Source: Eledone cirrhosa
Lineage: Eukaryota
Direction of reading: 5' to 3'
Length of the DNA: 64,000 nt
Assembly (NCBI GenBank): GCA_964016885.1
Contig: OZ024745.1
Span: 94,798,001 to 94,862,000 of the forward strand
Shown: positions 14,401-28,313 of the stretch, piece after piece
Position numbering within the stretch: position 1 is the first letter of the stretch
Layout: every line of letters begins with the position of its first letter
Position numbers and translations under genes: made by a program
The notes under the pieces: model-generated
Told to the model about the DNA's origin: nothing
The model's input: the letters and a program-made list of their open reading frames with translations, nothing else
Database searches by the model: none

Positions 14401-17400
14401 TAAGTAGAATGACGTAAAAGACAATATGACAGTGTAGAACAGATTCCAAGTAGAATGACGTAAACTATAATTTGACAGTGTAGATAAGATTCTAAGCAGA
14501 ATGACGTAAAAGACAATTTGACAGTGTAGAACAGATTCTAAGTAGAATGACGTAAATTATAATTTGCCAGTGCAGAACAGATTTTAAGTAGAATGACGTA
14601 AACTATAATTTGACAGTGTAGATCAGATTCTAAGCAGAATGACGTAAAAGACAATTTGACAATGTAGAACATATTCTAAGTAGAATGACGTAAACTAAAA
14701 TTTGACAGTGTAAAACAGATTCGAATAGAATGATGTAAACTATAATTTGACAGTGTAGAACAGATTCTAATTAGAATGACGTAAAAGACAATTTGCCAGT
14801 GTAGAAGAGATTCTAAGTTGAATGACGTAAAAGATAATTTGGCAATGTAGAACAGATTCTAATTAGAATGACGTAAAAGACAATTTGACAGTGTCGAACA
14901 GATTCTAAGTAGAATGACTTAAACTATAATTTGACAGTGTAGAATAGATTCTAAGTAGAATGACGTAAATTATAATTTGACAGTGTAGAACAAATTCTAA
15001 GTAGAATGACGTAAACTATCATTTGGTAGTGCAGAACAGATTCTTAGTAGAATGCCGTAAACTATAATTTGACAATGTAGAAGAGATTTTAAGTAGAATG
15101 ACGTAACAGATAAGTTGACTGTGTAGAACAGATTCTAAGTAGAATGATGTAAATGACAATTTGACAGTGTAGAACAGATTCTAAGTAGAATGACGTAAAC
15201 TATAATTTGACGGTGTAGAACAGATTCTAAGTTGAATTACGTAAAAGAGAATCTGACAGTGTAGAACAGATTCCAAGTAGAATGACGTACACTCCAATTT
15301 GACAGTGTAGATCAGATTCAAAGCAGAATGACGTAAAAGACAATTTGACAGTGTAGAACAGATTCTAAGTAGAATGACGTAAACTATAATTTGACAGTGT
15401 AAAACAGATTCGAATAGAATGATGTAAACTATAATTTTACAGTGTAGAACAGATTATAAGTAGAACGACGTAAACTATAATTTGACAGTGTAGAACAGAT
15501 TCTAAGCAGAATGACGCAAACTATAATTTCACTGTGTAGGACAGATTCTAAGTTGAATGACGTAAACTATCATTTGACAGGGTGGAGCAGATTCTAAGTC
15601 GAATGACGTAACAGACAATTTGACAGTGTAGAACAGATTCCAAGTAGAATGACGTAAACTATAATTTGACAGTGTAGATAAGATTCTAAGCAGAATGACG
15701 TAAAAGACAATTTGACAGTGTAGAACAGATTCTAAGTAGAATGACGTAAATTATAATTTGCCAGTGCAGAACAGATTTTAAGTAGAATGACGTAACCTAT
15801 AATTTGACAGCGCAGAACAGATTCTAACTAGAATGACGTAAAAGACAATTTGACGGTGTAGAACAGATTCTAAGTAGAATGAATTAAAAGAAAAATTGAC
15901 ACTGTAGAACAGATTCTAAGTAGAATGACGTAGAAGAAAATTTGACAGTGTATAACAGATTATAAGTAGAAGGACGTAAACTATAATTTGACAGTGTAGA
16001 ATAGATTCTAAGCAGAATAACGCAAACTATATTTTGACTGTGTAGGACAGATTCTAAGTAGAATGACGTAAACTATCATTTGACAGGGTGGAACAGATTC
16101 TAAGTCGAATGACGTAACAGAGAATTTGACAGTGTAGAACATATTCTAAGTAGAATGACGAAAACTATAATTTCCCAGAGCAGAACAGATTCGAAGTAGA
16201 ATGACGTAAACTATAATTTGACAGTGTAAAACAGATTCTAATCTGAATGACGTAACAGACAATTTGAATGTGTAGAACAGATTCTAAATAGATTGACGTA
16301 ACTGACTATTCGACAGTGTGGAACAGATTCTATGTAGGATGACGTAACAGACAATTTGACAGTGTAGAACAGATTCTAAGAAGAATGTCGTAAAAGACAA
16401 TTTTACAGTGTGGAACAGATTCTAAGTAGAAAGACGTAACTGACAATTTAACAGTGTGGAACAGATTATATGTAGGATGACGTACAGACAATTTGACAGT
16501 CTAGAACAGATTCTAAGTAGAATGACGTAAACTATAATTTGGCATTATAGAAAAAGACTCTAATCAGAATGACATAAATGACAACTTGAGAGTGTAGAAC
16601 AGATTCTAAGTAGAACGACGTAAAAGACAATTTGACAGTGTAGAACAGATTCTAAGTAGAATGACGTAAACTAGAATTTGATAGTGTAGAACAGATTCTA
16701 ATCAGAATGGCGTAACAGACAATTTGAATGTGTAGAACAGATTCTAAATAGAATGACGTAACCGACAATTTGACAGTGTGGAACAGATTCTATGTAAGAT
16801 GACGTAACAGACAATTTGACAGTGTAGAACAGATTCTAAGTAGAATGTCGTAAAAGACAATTTTACTGTGTGGAACAGATTCTAAGTAGAAAGACGTAAC
16901 TGAAAATTTAACAGTGTAGAACAGATTCTAATAGAATGATGTAAACTATAATTTAACAGTGTAGAACATATAAATAGAACGACGTAAACTATAATTTGAT
17001 AGTGTAGTATAGATTCTAATTAGAATGACGTAAACTATAATTTGACAGTGCAGAACAGATTCAAAGCAGAATGACGTAAACTTTAATTTGGGCAGTGTAG
17101 AACAGATTCTCATCAGAATAACGTAAACGACAGTTTGACAGTGTAGAACAGATTCTAAGTAGAACGACGTAAAAGAAAATTTGATAGAGTAGAACAGATT
17201 CTAAGTCGAATGACGTAAACTATAACTTGACAGTGTAGAACAGAATCTAGGTAGAATGACGTAAAAGACAATTTGACAGTGTAGAACAGATTCTAAGTAG
17301 AATGACGTAAATTATAATTTCCCAGTGCAGAACAGATTTTAAGTAGAATGTCGTAACCTTTAATTTGACAGTGTAGAACAGATTCTAACTAGAATGACGC

Positions 17401-20400
17401 AAAAGACAATATGACCATGTAGAACAGATTCTAAGTAGAATGACGTAAACTATAATTTGACAGTGTATAACAGATTCTAAGCAGAATGAAGCAAACTATA
17501 ATTTGACTGTGTAGAACAGATTCTAAGTAGAATGACTTAAAAGAAAATTTGACACTGTAGAACTTATTTTAATTAGAATGACGTGAAAGACAATTTGACA
17601 GTGTAGAACATATTCTAAGTAGAATGACGTAAACTATAATTTGACAGTGCAGAACAGATTCTAAGCAGAATGAAGCAAACTATAAGTTGACTGTGTAGAA
17701 CAGATTCTAAGTAGAATGACTTAAAAGAAAATTTGACACTGTAGAACTTATTTTCAGTAGAATGACGTGAAAGACAAATTGAAAGTGTAGAACATATTCT
17801 AAGTAGAATAACGTAAACTATAATTTCCCAGAGCAGAACAGATTCGAAGTAGAATGACGTAAACTATAATTTGACAGTGTAAAACAGATTCTAATCAGAA
17901 TGACGTAACAGACAATTTGAATGTGTAGAACAGATTCTAAATTGAATGACGTAACTGACAACTTGACAGTGTGGAACAGATTCTATGTAGGATGACGTAA
18001 CAGACAATTTGACAGTGTAGAACAGATTCTAAGTAGAATGTCGTAAAAGACAATTTTATTGTGTGGAACAGATTCTAAGTAGAATGACGTAACTGACAAT
18101 TTAACAGTATGGAACAGATTCTATGCAGGATGACGTAACAGACAATTTGACAGTGTATAACAGATTCTAAGTAGAATGACGTAAACTATAATTTTGGCAG
18201 TGTAGAACAGATTCTAATCAGAATGACATAAAAGACAATTTGAGAGTGTAGAACAGATTCTAAGTAGAACGACGTAAAAAAAAAAGTTGATAGTGTAGAA
18301 CAGATTCTAAATCGAATGACGTAAACTATAATTTGACAGTGTAGAACAGATTTTAAGTAGAATGACGTAACAGACAATTTGACAGTGTAGAACAGATTCT
18401 GCGTAGAATAACATGGAAAATTTGACTGTGTAGAACAGATTCTAAGTAGAATGACGGAAACTATAATTTTGGCAGTTCAGAATAGATTCTAAGTAGAATG
18501 ACGTAAACTATAATTTGACAGTGTAGAAGAGATTCTAAGTAGAATGACGTAAACTATAATTTTGGCAGTGTAGAACAAATTCTAATCAGAATGATGTAAA
18601 AGACAACTTGACAGTGTAGAACAGATTCTAAGTAGAATGACGTAAACTATAATTTGACAGTGTATAACAGATTCTAAGCAGAATGAAGCAAACTATAATT
18701 TGACTGTGTAGAACAGATTCTAAGTAGAATGACTTAAAAGAAAATTTGACACTGTAGAACTTATTTTAATTAGAATGACGTGAAAGACAATTTGACAGTG
18801 TAGAACATATTCTAAGTAGAATGACGTAAACTATAATTTGACAGTGCAGAACAGATTCTAAGCAGAATGAAGCAAACTATAAGTTGACTGTGTAGAACAG
18901 ATTCTGAGTAGAATGACTTAAAATACAATTTGACAGTGTAGAACAGATTCTAAGTAGAATGACGTAAATTATAATTTGACAGTGTAGAACAAATTGTAAG
19001 TAGAATGACGTATACTATCATTTGTTAGTGCAGAACAGATTCTTAGTAGAATGGCGTAAATTATAAGTTGATAGTGTAGAACAGATTCTAATAGAATGAT
19101 GTAAACTATAATTTGACAATGTAGAACAGATGTTAAGTAGAATGACGTAACATACAATTTGACTGTGTAGAACAGATTCTAAGTAGAATGACGTAAAAGA
19201 CAATTTTACAGTGTAGAACAGATTCTAAGTAGAATGACGTAAGTTATAATTTGACAGTATAGAACAGATTCTAACTAGAATGACGTAAAAGACAATTTGA
19301 CCATGTAGAACAGATTCTAAGTAGAATGACGTAAACTATAATTTGACAGTGTATAACAGATTCTAAGCAGAATGAAGCAAACTATAATTTGACTGTGTAG
19401 AACAGATTCTAAGTAGAATGACTTAAAAGAAAATTTGACACTGTAGAACTTATTTTAATTAGAATGACGTGAAAGACAATTTGACAGTGTAGAACATATT
19501 CTAAGTAGAATGTCGTAAAAGACAATTTTACTGTGTGGAACAGATTCTAAGTAGAAAGACGTAACAGACAATTTAACAGTGTAGAACATATTCTAAGTAG
19601 AATGACGTAAACTATAATTTCCCAGAGCAGAACAGATTCGAAGTAGAATGACGTAAATTATAATTTGACAGTGTAAAACAGATTCTAATCAGAATGACGT
19701 AACAGACAATTTGAACGTGTAGAACAGATTCTAAATAGAATGACGTAACAGACAATTTGACAGTGTAGAACAGATTCTAAGTAGAATGACGTAAACTATA
19801 ATGTTGGCAGTGTAGAACAGATTCTAATCAGAATGACATAAAAGACAATTTGAGAGTGTAGAACAGATTCTAAGTCGAATGACGTAAACTATAATTTGAC
19901 AGTATAGAACAGAGTCTAAGTAGTATGACGTAAACTATAATTTGACAGTGTAGAACAGATTCTAAGAGAATGATTTAAACTATAATTTGACAATATAGAA
20001 CAGATTTTAAGTAGAATGACGCAACAGACAATTTGACAGTGTAGAACAGAGTCTACGTATAATGACATAACAGACAATTTGACTGTGTAGAACAGATTCT
20101 AAGTAGAATGACGGAAACTATAATTTTGGCAGTTCAGAATAGATTCTAAGTAGAATGACGTAAACTATAATTTGACAGTGTAGAACAGATTCTAAGTAGA
20201 ATGACGTAAACTATAATTTGACAGTGTAGAACAGACTCTAAGTTGAATTACGTAAAAGAGAATTTGTCTGTGTAGAAAAGATTATAATTAGAATGGCGTA
20301 AATTATAATTTGACAGTGTAGAACAGATTCTAAGTAGAATGACGTAAACTATAATTTTGGTAGTTTAGAACAGATTCTAATCAGAATGATGTAAAAGACA

Positions 20401-23400
20401 ATTTGACAGTGTAGAACAGATTCTAAGTAGAATGAAGTAAACTATAATTTGACATTGTAGAACAGATTTTAAGTGGAATGACGTAAATTATAATTTGCCA
20501 GTGCAGAACAGATTTAAAGTAGAATGACGTAACCTATAATTTGACAGTGTAGAACAGAATCTTACTAGAATGACTTAAAAGAAAATTTGACACTGTAGAA
20601 CTTATTTTAAGTAGAATGACGTAACAGACAAATTGACAGTGTAGAACAGATTCTAAGTAGAATGACGTAAACTATAATTTGACAGTGTAGACCAGATTCT
20701 AAGTTGAATTACTTAAAAGAGAAATTGTCTGTGTAGAACAGATTCTAATTAGAGTGACGTAAACTATAATTTGACAGTGCAGAACAGATTATAATTAGAG
20801 TGACGTAAACTATAATTGACAGTGTAGAACAGATTTTAATTAGAAAGACGTAAACTATAATTTGACAGTGTAGAACATATTATCAGTAGAACGACGTAAA
20901 CTATAATTTGATAGTGTAGAACAGATTCTAAGTAGAATGACGTATACTATAATTTGACTGTGTAGAACAGATTATAATCAGAATGACTTAACAGACAATA
21001 TAATGTGTAGAACAGATTCTAAGTAGAATGACGTGAAGGACAATTTGACAGTGTAGAATAGATTTTAAGTTGAATGAGGTAAACTATAATTTGACAGTGT
21101 AGAACAGATTCTAAGTTGAATGACGTAAAAGACAATTTGTCAGTGTAGAACAGATTCTAAGTAGAATGACGGAAACTATAATTTGACAGTGTAGAACGGA
21201 TTCTAAGTAGAATGACGTAATCTATAATTTTACAGTGTAGAACAGATTCTAAGTTAAATTACCTAAAAGAGAATTTGTCTGTGTAGAACAGATTCTAATT
21301 AGAGTGACGTAAACTATAATTGACAGTGTAGAACAGATTCTAAGTAGAATGACGTAAACTCTAATTTTACAGTGTAGAACATATTATAAGTAGAACGACG
21401 TAAACTATAATTTGACAGTGTGGAACAGGTTCTAAGTAGAATGACGTAAAATACAATTTGACAGTGTAGAACAGATTATAAGTAGAATGATGTCAATTAT
21501 AATTTGACAGCGTGGAACAGATTCTAATAGAATGATGTAACATATAATTTGACAATGTAGAACAGATTTTAATTAGAATGATGTAACAGAAAATTTGACT
21601 GTTTGGAACAGATTATAAGTAGAATGACGCAAAAGACAATTTGACACTGTAGAACAGATTCTAAGTAGAATGACGTAAACTATAAATTGACAGTGTAGAA
21701 CAGATTCTAAGTAGAACGACGTGAACTATAATTTGACAGTGGAGAACAGATTCTAAGTAGAATCAGGTAGATTATCATGTGCCAGTGCAGAACAGATTCT
21801 TAGTAGAATGGCGTAAACTATAATTTGACAGTTTAGAAAAAATTCTAATAGAATGATGTAAACTATAATTTGACAATGTAGAACAGATTTTAAGTAGAAT
21901 GACGTAAGAGACAATTTGACAGTGTAGAACAGATTCTAAGTAGAATGACGTAAACTTTAACTTGACAGTGTAGAACAGATTCTAAGCAGAATGACGCAAA
22001 CTATAATTTAACCGTGTAGAACAGATTCTAACTAGAATGACGTAAACTATCATTTGACAGTGTAGATCAGATTCTAAGTAGAATGACGTAAAAGACAATT
22101 TGACAGTGTAGAACAGATTCTAAGTAGAATGACATAACACACATTTTGACAGTGTAGAACATGTTCTAAGTAGAATGACGTGAAAGACAATTTGACAGTG
22201 TAGAACAGATTCTAAGTAGAATGACGTAAACTATAATTTGACAGTGTAGATCAGATTCTAAGTAGAATGACGTAAATTATAATTTGCCATTGCAGAACAG
22301 ATTTTCAGTAGAATGACGTAACCTATAATTTGACAGTGTAGAACAGATTCTAACTAGAATGACGTAAAAGACAATTTGACAGTGTAGAACAGATTCTAAG
22401 TAGAATGACGTAAAGGACAATTTGACAGTGTAGAATAGATTCTAAGTAGAATCACCTAAACTAGAATTTGACAGTGTAGAACAGATTCTCAGTAGAATGA
22501 TGTGAACTATAATTTGACAATGTAGAACAGATTTTAAGTAGAATGACGGAACAGAAAATTTTACTGTGTAGAATAGATTCTAAGTAGAATGACGTAAAAG
22601 AAAATTTAACAGTGTAGAGCAGATTATTAAGTTGAATGACGTAAACTATAATTTGCCAGTGAAGAACACATTATAACTAGAATGACGTAAGAGACAATTT
22701 GACACTGTAGAACAGATTCTAAGTAGAATGATGTAAAAGACAATTTGACAGTGTAGAACAGATTATATGTAGAACGACGTAAACTATAATTTGACAGAGT
22801 AGAACAGATTCTAAGTGGAATGACGTAAATTATAATTTGTCAGTGTAGAACAATTCTAAGTAGAATGACGTAAACTATAATTTGACAGTTTAGATCAGAT
22901 TTTAAGTAGAATGACGTAACAGACAATTTGAAAGTGTAGAACAGATTCTAAGCAGAATGACGTAAACTATAAGTTGACTGTTTTGGACAGATTCTAAGTA
23001 GAATGACGTAAACTATCATTTGACAGTATGGAACAGATTCTAAGTCGAATGACGTAACAGGCAATTTGACAGTGTAGAACAGATTCTAAGTAGAATGACG
23101 TAAACTATAATTTCCCAGAGCAGAACAGATTCGAAGTAGAATGACGTAAACTATAATTTGACAGTGTAGAACAGATTCTAAGTAGAATGACGTAAACTAT
23201 AATTTGACTGTGTAGGACAGATTCTAAGTAGAATGACGTAAACTATCATTTGACAGTATGGAACAGATTCTAAATACAAAGACGTAAGTGACAACTTGAC
23301 AGTGTACAACAGATTCTATGTAGAATGACGTAACAGACAATTTAGCTGTGTAGAACCGATTCTAAGTAGAATGACTTAAACTATAATTTTGGCAGTGCAG

Positions 23401-25174
23401 AACAGATTCTAAGTAGAATGCCGTAAAAGACAATTTGACAGTGTAGAACAGATTCTAAGTAGAATGACGTAAACTATAGTTGACAGTGTAGAACATATTA
23501 TAAGTAGAACGACGTAAACGACAATTTGACAGTGTAAAACAGATTCTAATTAGAATGACGTAACTTATCATGTGGCAGTGCCGAACAGATTCTTAGTAGA
23601 ATGGCGTAAACTATAATTTGACAGTTTAGAACAGATTCTAATAGAATGATGTAAACTATAATTTGACAATGTAGTACAGATTTTAAGTAGAATGACGTAC
23701 CAGACAATTTGATAGTGTAGAACAGATTGTAAGTAGAATGACGTAAGCTATAATTTGACAGTGTAGAACAGATTCTAAGCAGAATGACGTAAACTATAAT
23801 TTGACTGTGTAGGACAGATTATAAGTAGAATGACGTAAACTATCATTTGACAGTGTGGAACAGATTCTAAGTCGAATGACGTAACAGACAATTTGACAGT
23901 GTAAACAGATTCCTAGTAGAATTACGGGAAAGACAATTTGACAGTGTAGAACAGATTCTAAGCAGAATGACGTAAACAATAATTAGACAGTGTAGAACAG
24001 ATTCTACTCAGAATGACGTAACAAACACTTTGAATGTGTAGAACAGATTCTAAGTAGAATGCCGTAAACTATAATTTGACAGTGCAGAACATATTATAAG
24101 TAGAACGACATAAACTATAATTTGACAGTGTAGAACATATTATAAGTAGAACGACGTAAACTATAATTTGATAGTGTAGAACAGATTCTAATTAGAATGA
24201 CGTAAACTATAATTTGACAGTGCAGAACATATTATGAGTAGAACGACGTAAACTATAATTTGACAGTGTAGAACAGATTCTAATTAGAATGACGTAAACT
24301 ATAATTTGACAGTGCAGAACATATTATAAGTAGAACGACGTAAACTATAATTTGACAGTGTAGAACATATTATAAGTAGAACGACGTAAACTATAATTTG
24401 ATAGTGTAGAACAGATTCTAAGTAGAATGACGTAAACTATAATTTGACAGTGTAGAACATATTATAATTAGAATGACGTAAACTATAATTTGCCAGTGCA
24501 GAACAGATTCTAAGTAGAATGATGTAACAGACAATTTGACAGTGTAGAACAGATTGTAAGTAGAATGACGTAAAAGACAATTTGAGAGTGTAGAACAGAT
24601 TCTAAGTAGAATGCCGTAAACTATAATTTGATAGTGTAGAACAGATTCTAATTAGAATGACGTAAAAGACAATTTGCCAGTGCAGAACAGATTTTAAGTA
24701 GAATGACGTAAACTATAATCTGACAGTGTAGAACAGATTCGAATTAGAATGACGTAAATGACAATTTAACACTGTAGAACAGATTCTAAGTAGAATGACG
24801 TAAAAGACAATTTGACACTGTAGAACAGATTATAAGTAGAACGACGTAAACTATCATTTGCCAGTGCAGAACAGATTCCTAGTAGAATGGCGTAAACTAT
24901 AATTTGACAGTGTAGAACAGATTCTAAGTAGAATGACGTAAACTATCATTTGTCAGTGTGGAACAGATTCTAATTCGAATGAGGTAACAGACAATTTGAC
25001 AGTGTAGAACAGATTGTAAGTAGAATGACGTAAAATATAATTTGACAGTGTAGAACAGATTCTAAGGAGAATGACGTAAACAATAATTTGACTGTGTAGC
25101 ACAGATCCTAAGTAGAATGACGTAAACTATCATTTGACAGTGTCGAACAGATTCTAAGTCGAATGACGTAAGAG

Positions 25175-28100
25175 ACAATTTGACTGTGTAAACAGATTCT
25201 AAGTAGAATTACGGGAAAGACAATTTGACAGTGTAGAACAGATTCTAAGCAGAATGACGTAAACTATAAGTTGACTGTTTAGGACAGATTCTAAGTAGAA
25301 TGACGTAAACAATAATTAGACAGTGTAGAACAGAGTCTACACTGAATGACGTAACAGACACTTTGAATGTGTAGAACAGATTCTAAATAGAAAGACGTAA
25401 CTGACAATTTGAGAGTGTAGAACAGATTCTAAGTAGAATGCCGTAAACTATAATTTGACAGTGTAGAACAGATTCTAAGATGAATTACGTAAAAGACAAT
25501 TTTTCTGTGTAAAATAGATTCTAATTAGAGTGACGTAAACTATAATTGACAGTGTAGAACATATTATAAGTTGAACGACGTAAACTATAATTTGATAGTG
25601 TAGAGCAGATTCTAAGTTGAATGACGTAAACTAAAATTTGACAGTGTAGAACAGATTATAATCAGAATGACGTAACAGACAATTTGAATGTGTAGAACAG
25701 ATTATAATTAGAATGGCGTAAATTATATTTTGACAGTGTAGAACAGATTCTATGTAGAATTACGTAAACTATAATTTTGGCAGTGTAGAACAGATTCTAA
25801 TCAGAATGACGTAACAGACAATTTGACAGTGTAGAACAGATTCTACGTCGAATGACGTAAACTATGATTTTATAGTGTGGCACAGATTCTAAGTTGAATT
25901 ACGTAAAAGAGAATTTGTCTGTGTAGAACTGATTCTAATTAGAGTGACGTAAACTATAATTGACACTGTAGAACAGATTCTAAAAAGAATGACGTAAACT
26001 ATAATTTGACAGTGTAGAACATATTATAAGTAGAACGACGTAAACTATAACTTGATAGTGTAGAACAGATTCTAAGTAGAATGACGTAAACTATAATTTG
26101 ACAGTGTAGAACATATAAATAGAATGACGTAAACTATAATTTGCCAGTGCAGAACAGATTCAAACTAGAATGACGTAAACTATAATTTGACCGTGTAGAA
26201 CAGATTTTAAGTAGAATGACGTAAACTATAATTTGACAGTGTAGAACATATAAATAGAATGACGTAAACTATAATTTGCCAGTGCAGAACAGATTCAAAC
26301 TAGAATGACGTAAACTATAATTTGACCGTGTAGAACAGATTCTAACTAGAATGACGTAAAAGACAATTTGACACTGTAGAACAGATTCTAAGTAGAATGA
26401 CGTAAAAGATAATTTGACAGTGTAGAACAGATTATAATAGAACGACGTAAACTATCATTTGCCAGTGTAGAACAGATTCTTAGTAGAATGGCGTAAACTA
26501 TAATTTGACAGTGTAGAACAGATTCTAAGTAGAATGACGTAAACTATCATTTGACAGTGTGGAACAGATTCTAAGTCGAATGACGTAACAGACAATTTGA
26601 CAGTGTAGAACAGATTCTAAGTAGAATGACGTGAAAGACAATTTGACAGTGTAGAACAGATTCTAAATCGAATGACGTAACAGACAATTTGACTGTGTAA
26701 ACAGATTCTAAGTAGAATTACGGGAAAGACAATTTGACAGTGTAGAACAGATTCTAAGCAGAATGACGTAAACTATAAGTTGACTGTTTAGGACAGATTC
26801 TAAGTAGAATGACGTAAACAATAATTAGACAGTGTAGAACAGAGTCTACACAGAATGACGTAACAGACACTTTGAATGTGTAGAACAGATTCTAAATAGA
26901 AAGACGTAACTGACAATTTGAGAGTGTAGAACAGATTCTAAGTAGAATGCCGTAAACTATAATTTGACAGTGTAGAACAGATTCTAAGTTGAATTACGTA
27001 AAAGACAATTTTTCTGTGTAGAATAGATTCTAATTAGAGTGACGTAAACTATAATTGACAGTGTAGAACATATTATAAGTTGAACGACGTAAACTATAAT
27101 TTGATAGTGTAGAGCAGATTCTAAGTTGAATGACGTAAACTATAATTTGACAGTGTAGAACAGATTATAATCAGAATGACGTAACAGACAATTTGAATGT
27201 GTAGAACAGATTATAATTAGAATGGCGTAAATTATATTTTGACAGTGTAGAGCAGATTCTAAGTTGAATGACGTAAACTATAATTTGACAGTGTAGAACA
27301 GATTATAATCAGAATGACGTAACAGACAATTTGAATGTGTAGAACAGATTATAATTAGAATGGCGTAAATTATATTTTGACAGTGTAGAACAGATTCTAT
27401 GTAGAATTACGTAAACTATAATTTTGGCAGTGTAGAACAGATTCTAATCAGAATGACGTAACAGACAATTTGACAGTGTAGAACAGATTCTACGTCGAAT
27501 GACGTAAACTATGATTTTATAGTGTGGCACAGATTCTAAGTTGAATTACGTAAAAGAGAATTTGTCTGTGTAGAACAGATTCTAATTAGAGTGACGTAAA
27601 CTATAATTGACACTGTAGAACAGATTCTAAAAAGAATGACGTAAACTATAATTTGACAGTGTAGAACATATTATAAGTAGAACGACGTAAACTATAATTT
27701 GATAGTGTAGAACAGATTCTAAGTAGAATGACGTAAATTATAATTTGACAGTGTAGAACATATAAATAGAATGACGTAAACTATAATTTGCCAGTGCAGA
27801 ACAGATTCAAACTAGAATGACGTAAACTATAATTTGACCGTGTAGAACAGATTTTAAGTAGAATGACGTAAACTATAATTTGACAGTGTAGAACATATAA
27901 ATAGAATGACGTAAACTATAATTTGCCAGTGCAGAACAGATTCAAACTAGAATGACGTAAACTATAATTTGACCGTGTAGAACAGATTCTAACTAGAATG
28001 ACGTAAAAGACAATTTGACACTGTAGAACAGATTCTAAGTAGAATGACGTAAAAGATAATTTGACAGTGTAGAACAGATTATAATAGAACGACGTAAACT

Positions 28101-28313
28101 ATCATTTGCCAGTGTAGAACAGATTCTTAGTAGAATGGCGTAAACTATAATTTGACAGTGTAGAACAGATTCTAAGTAGAATGACGTAAACTATCATTTG
28201 ACAGTGTGGAACAGATTCTAAGTCGAATGACGTAACAGACAATTTGACAGTGTAGAACAGATTCTAAGTAGAATGACGTGAAAGACAATTTGACAGTGTA
28301 GAACAGATTCTAA
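25175..28313. repeat. Tandem duplication of a ~1.5-kb block; the second copy has 3 extra monomers
   Basis: ACGGGAAAGAC at 25211/26720 (+1,509); AGTGTGGCACAG at 25874/27521 and GTGAAAGAC at 26631/28278 (+1,647 = 1,509 + 138). Confidence 0.9.
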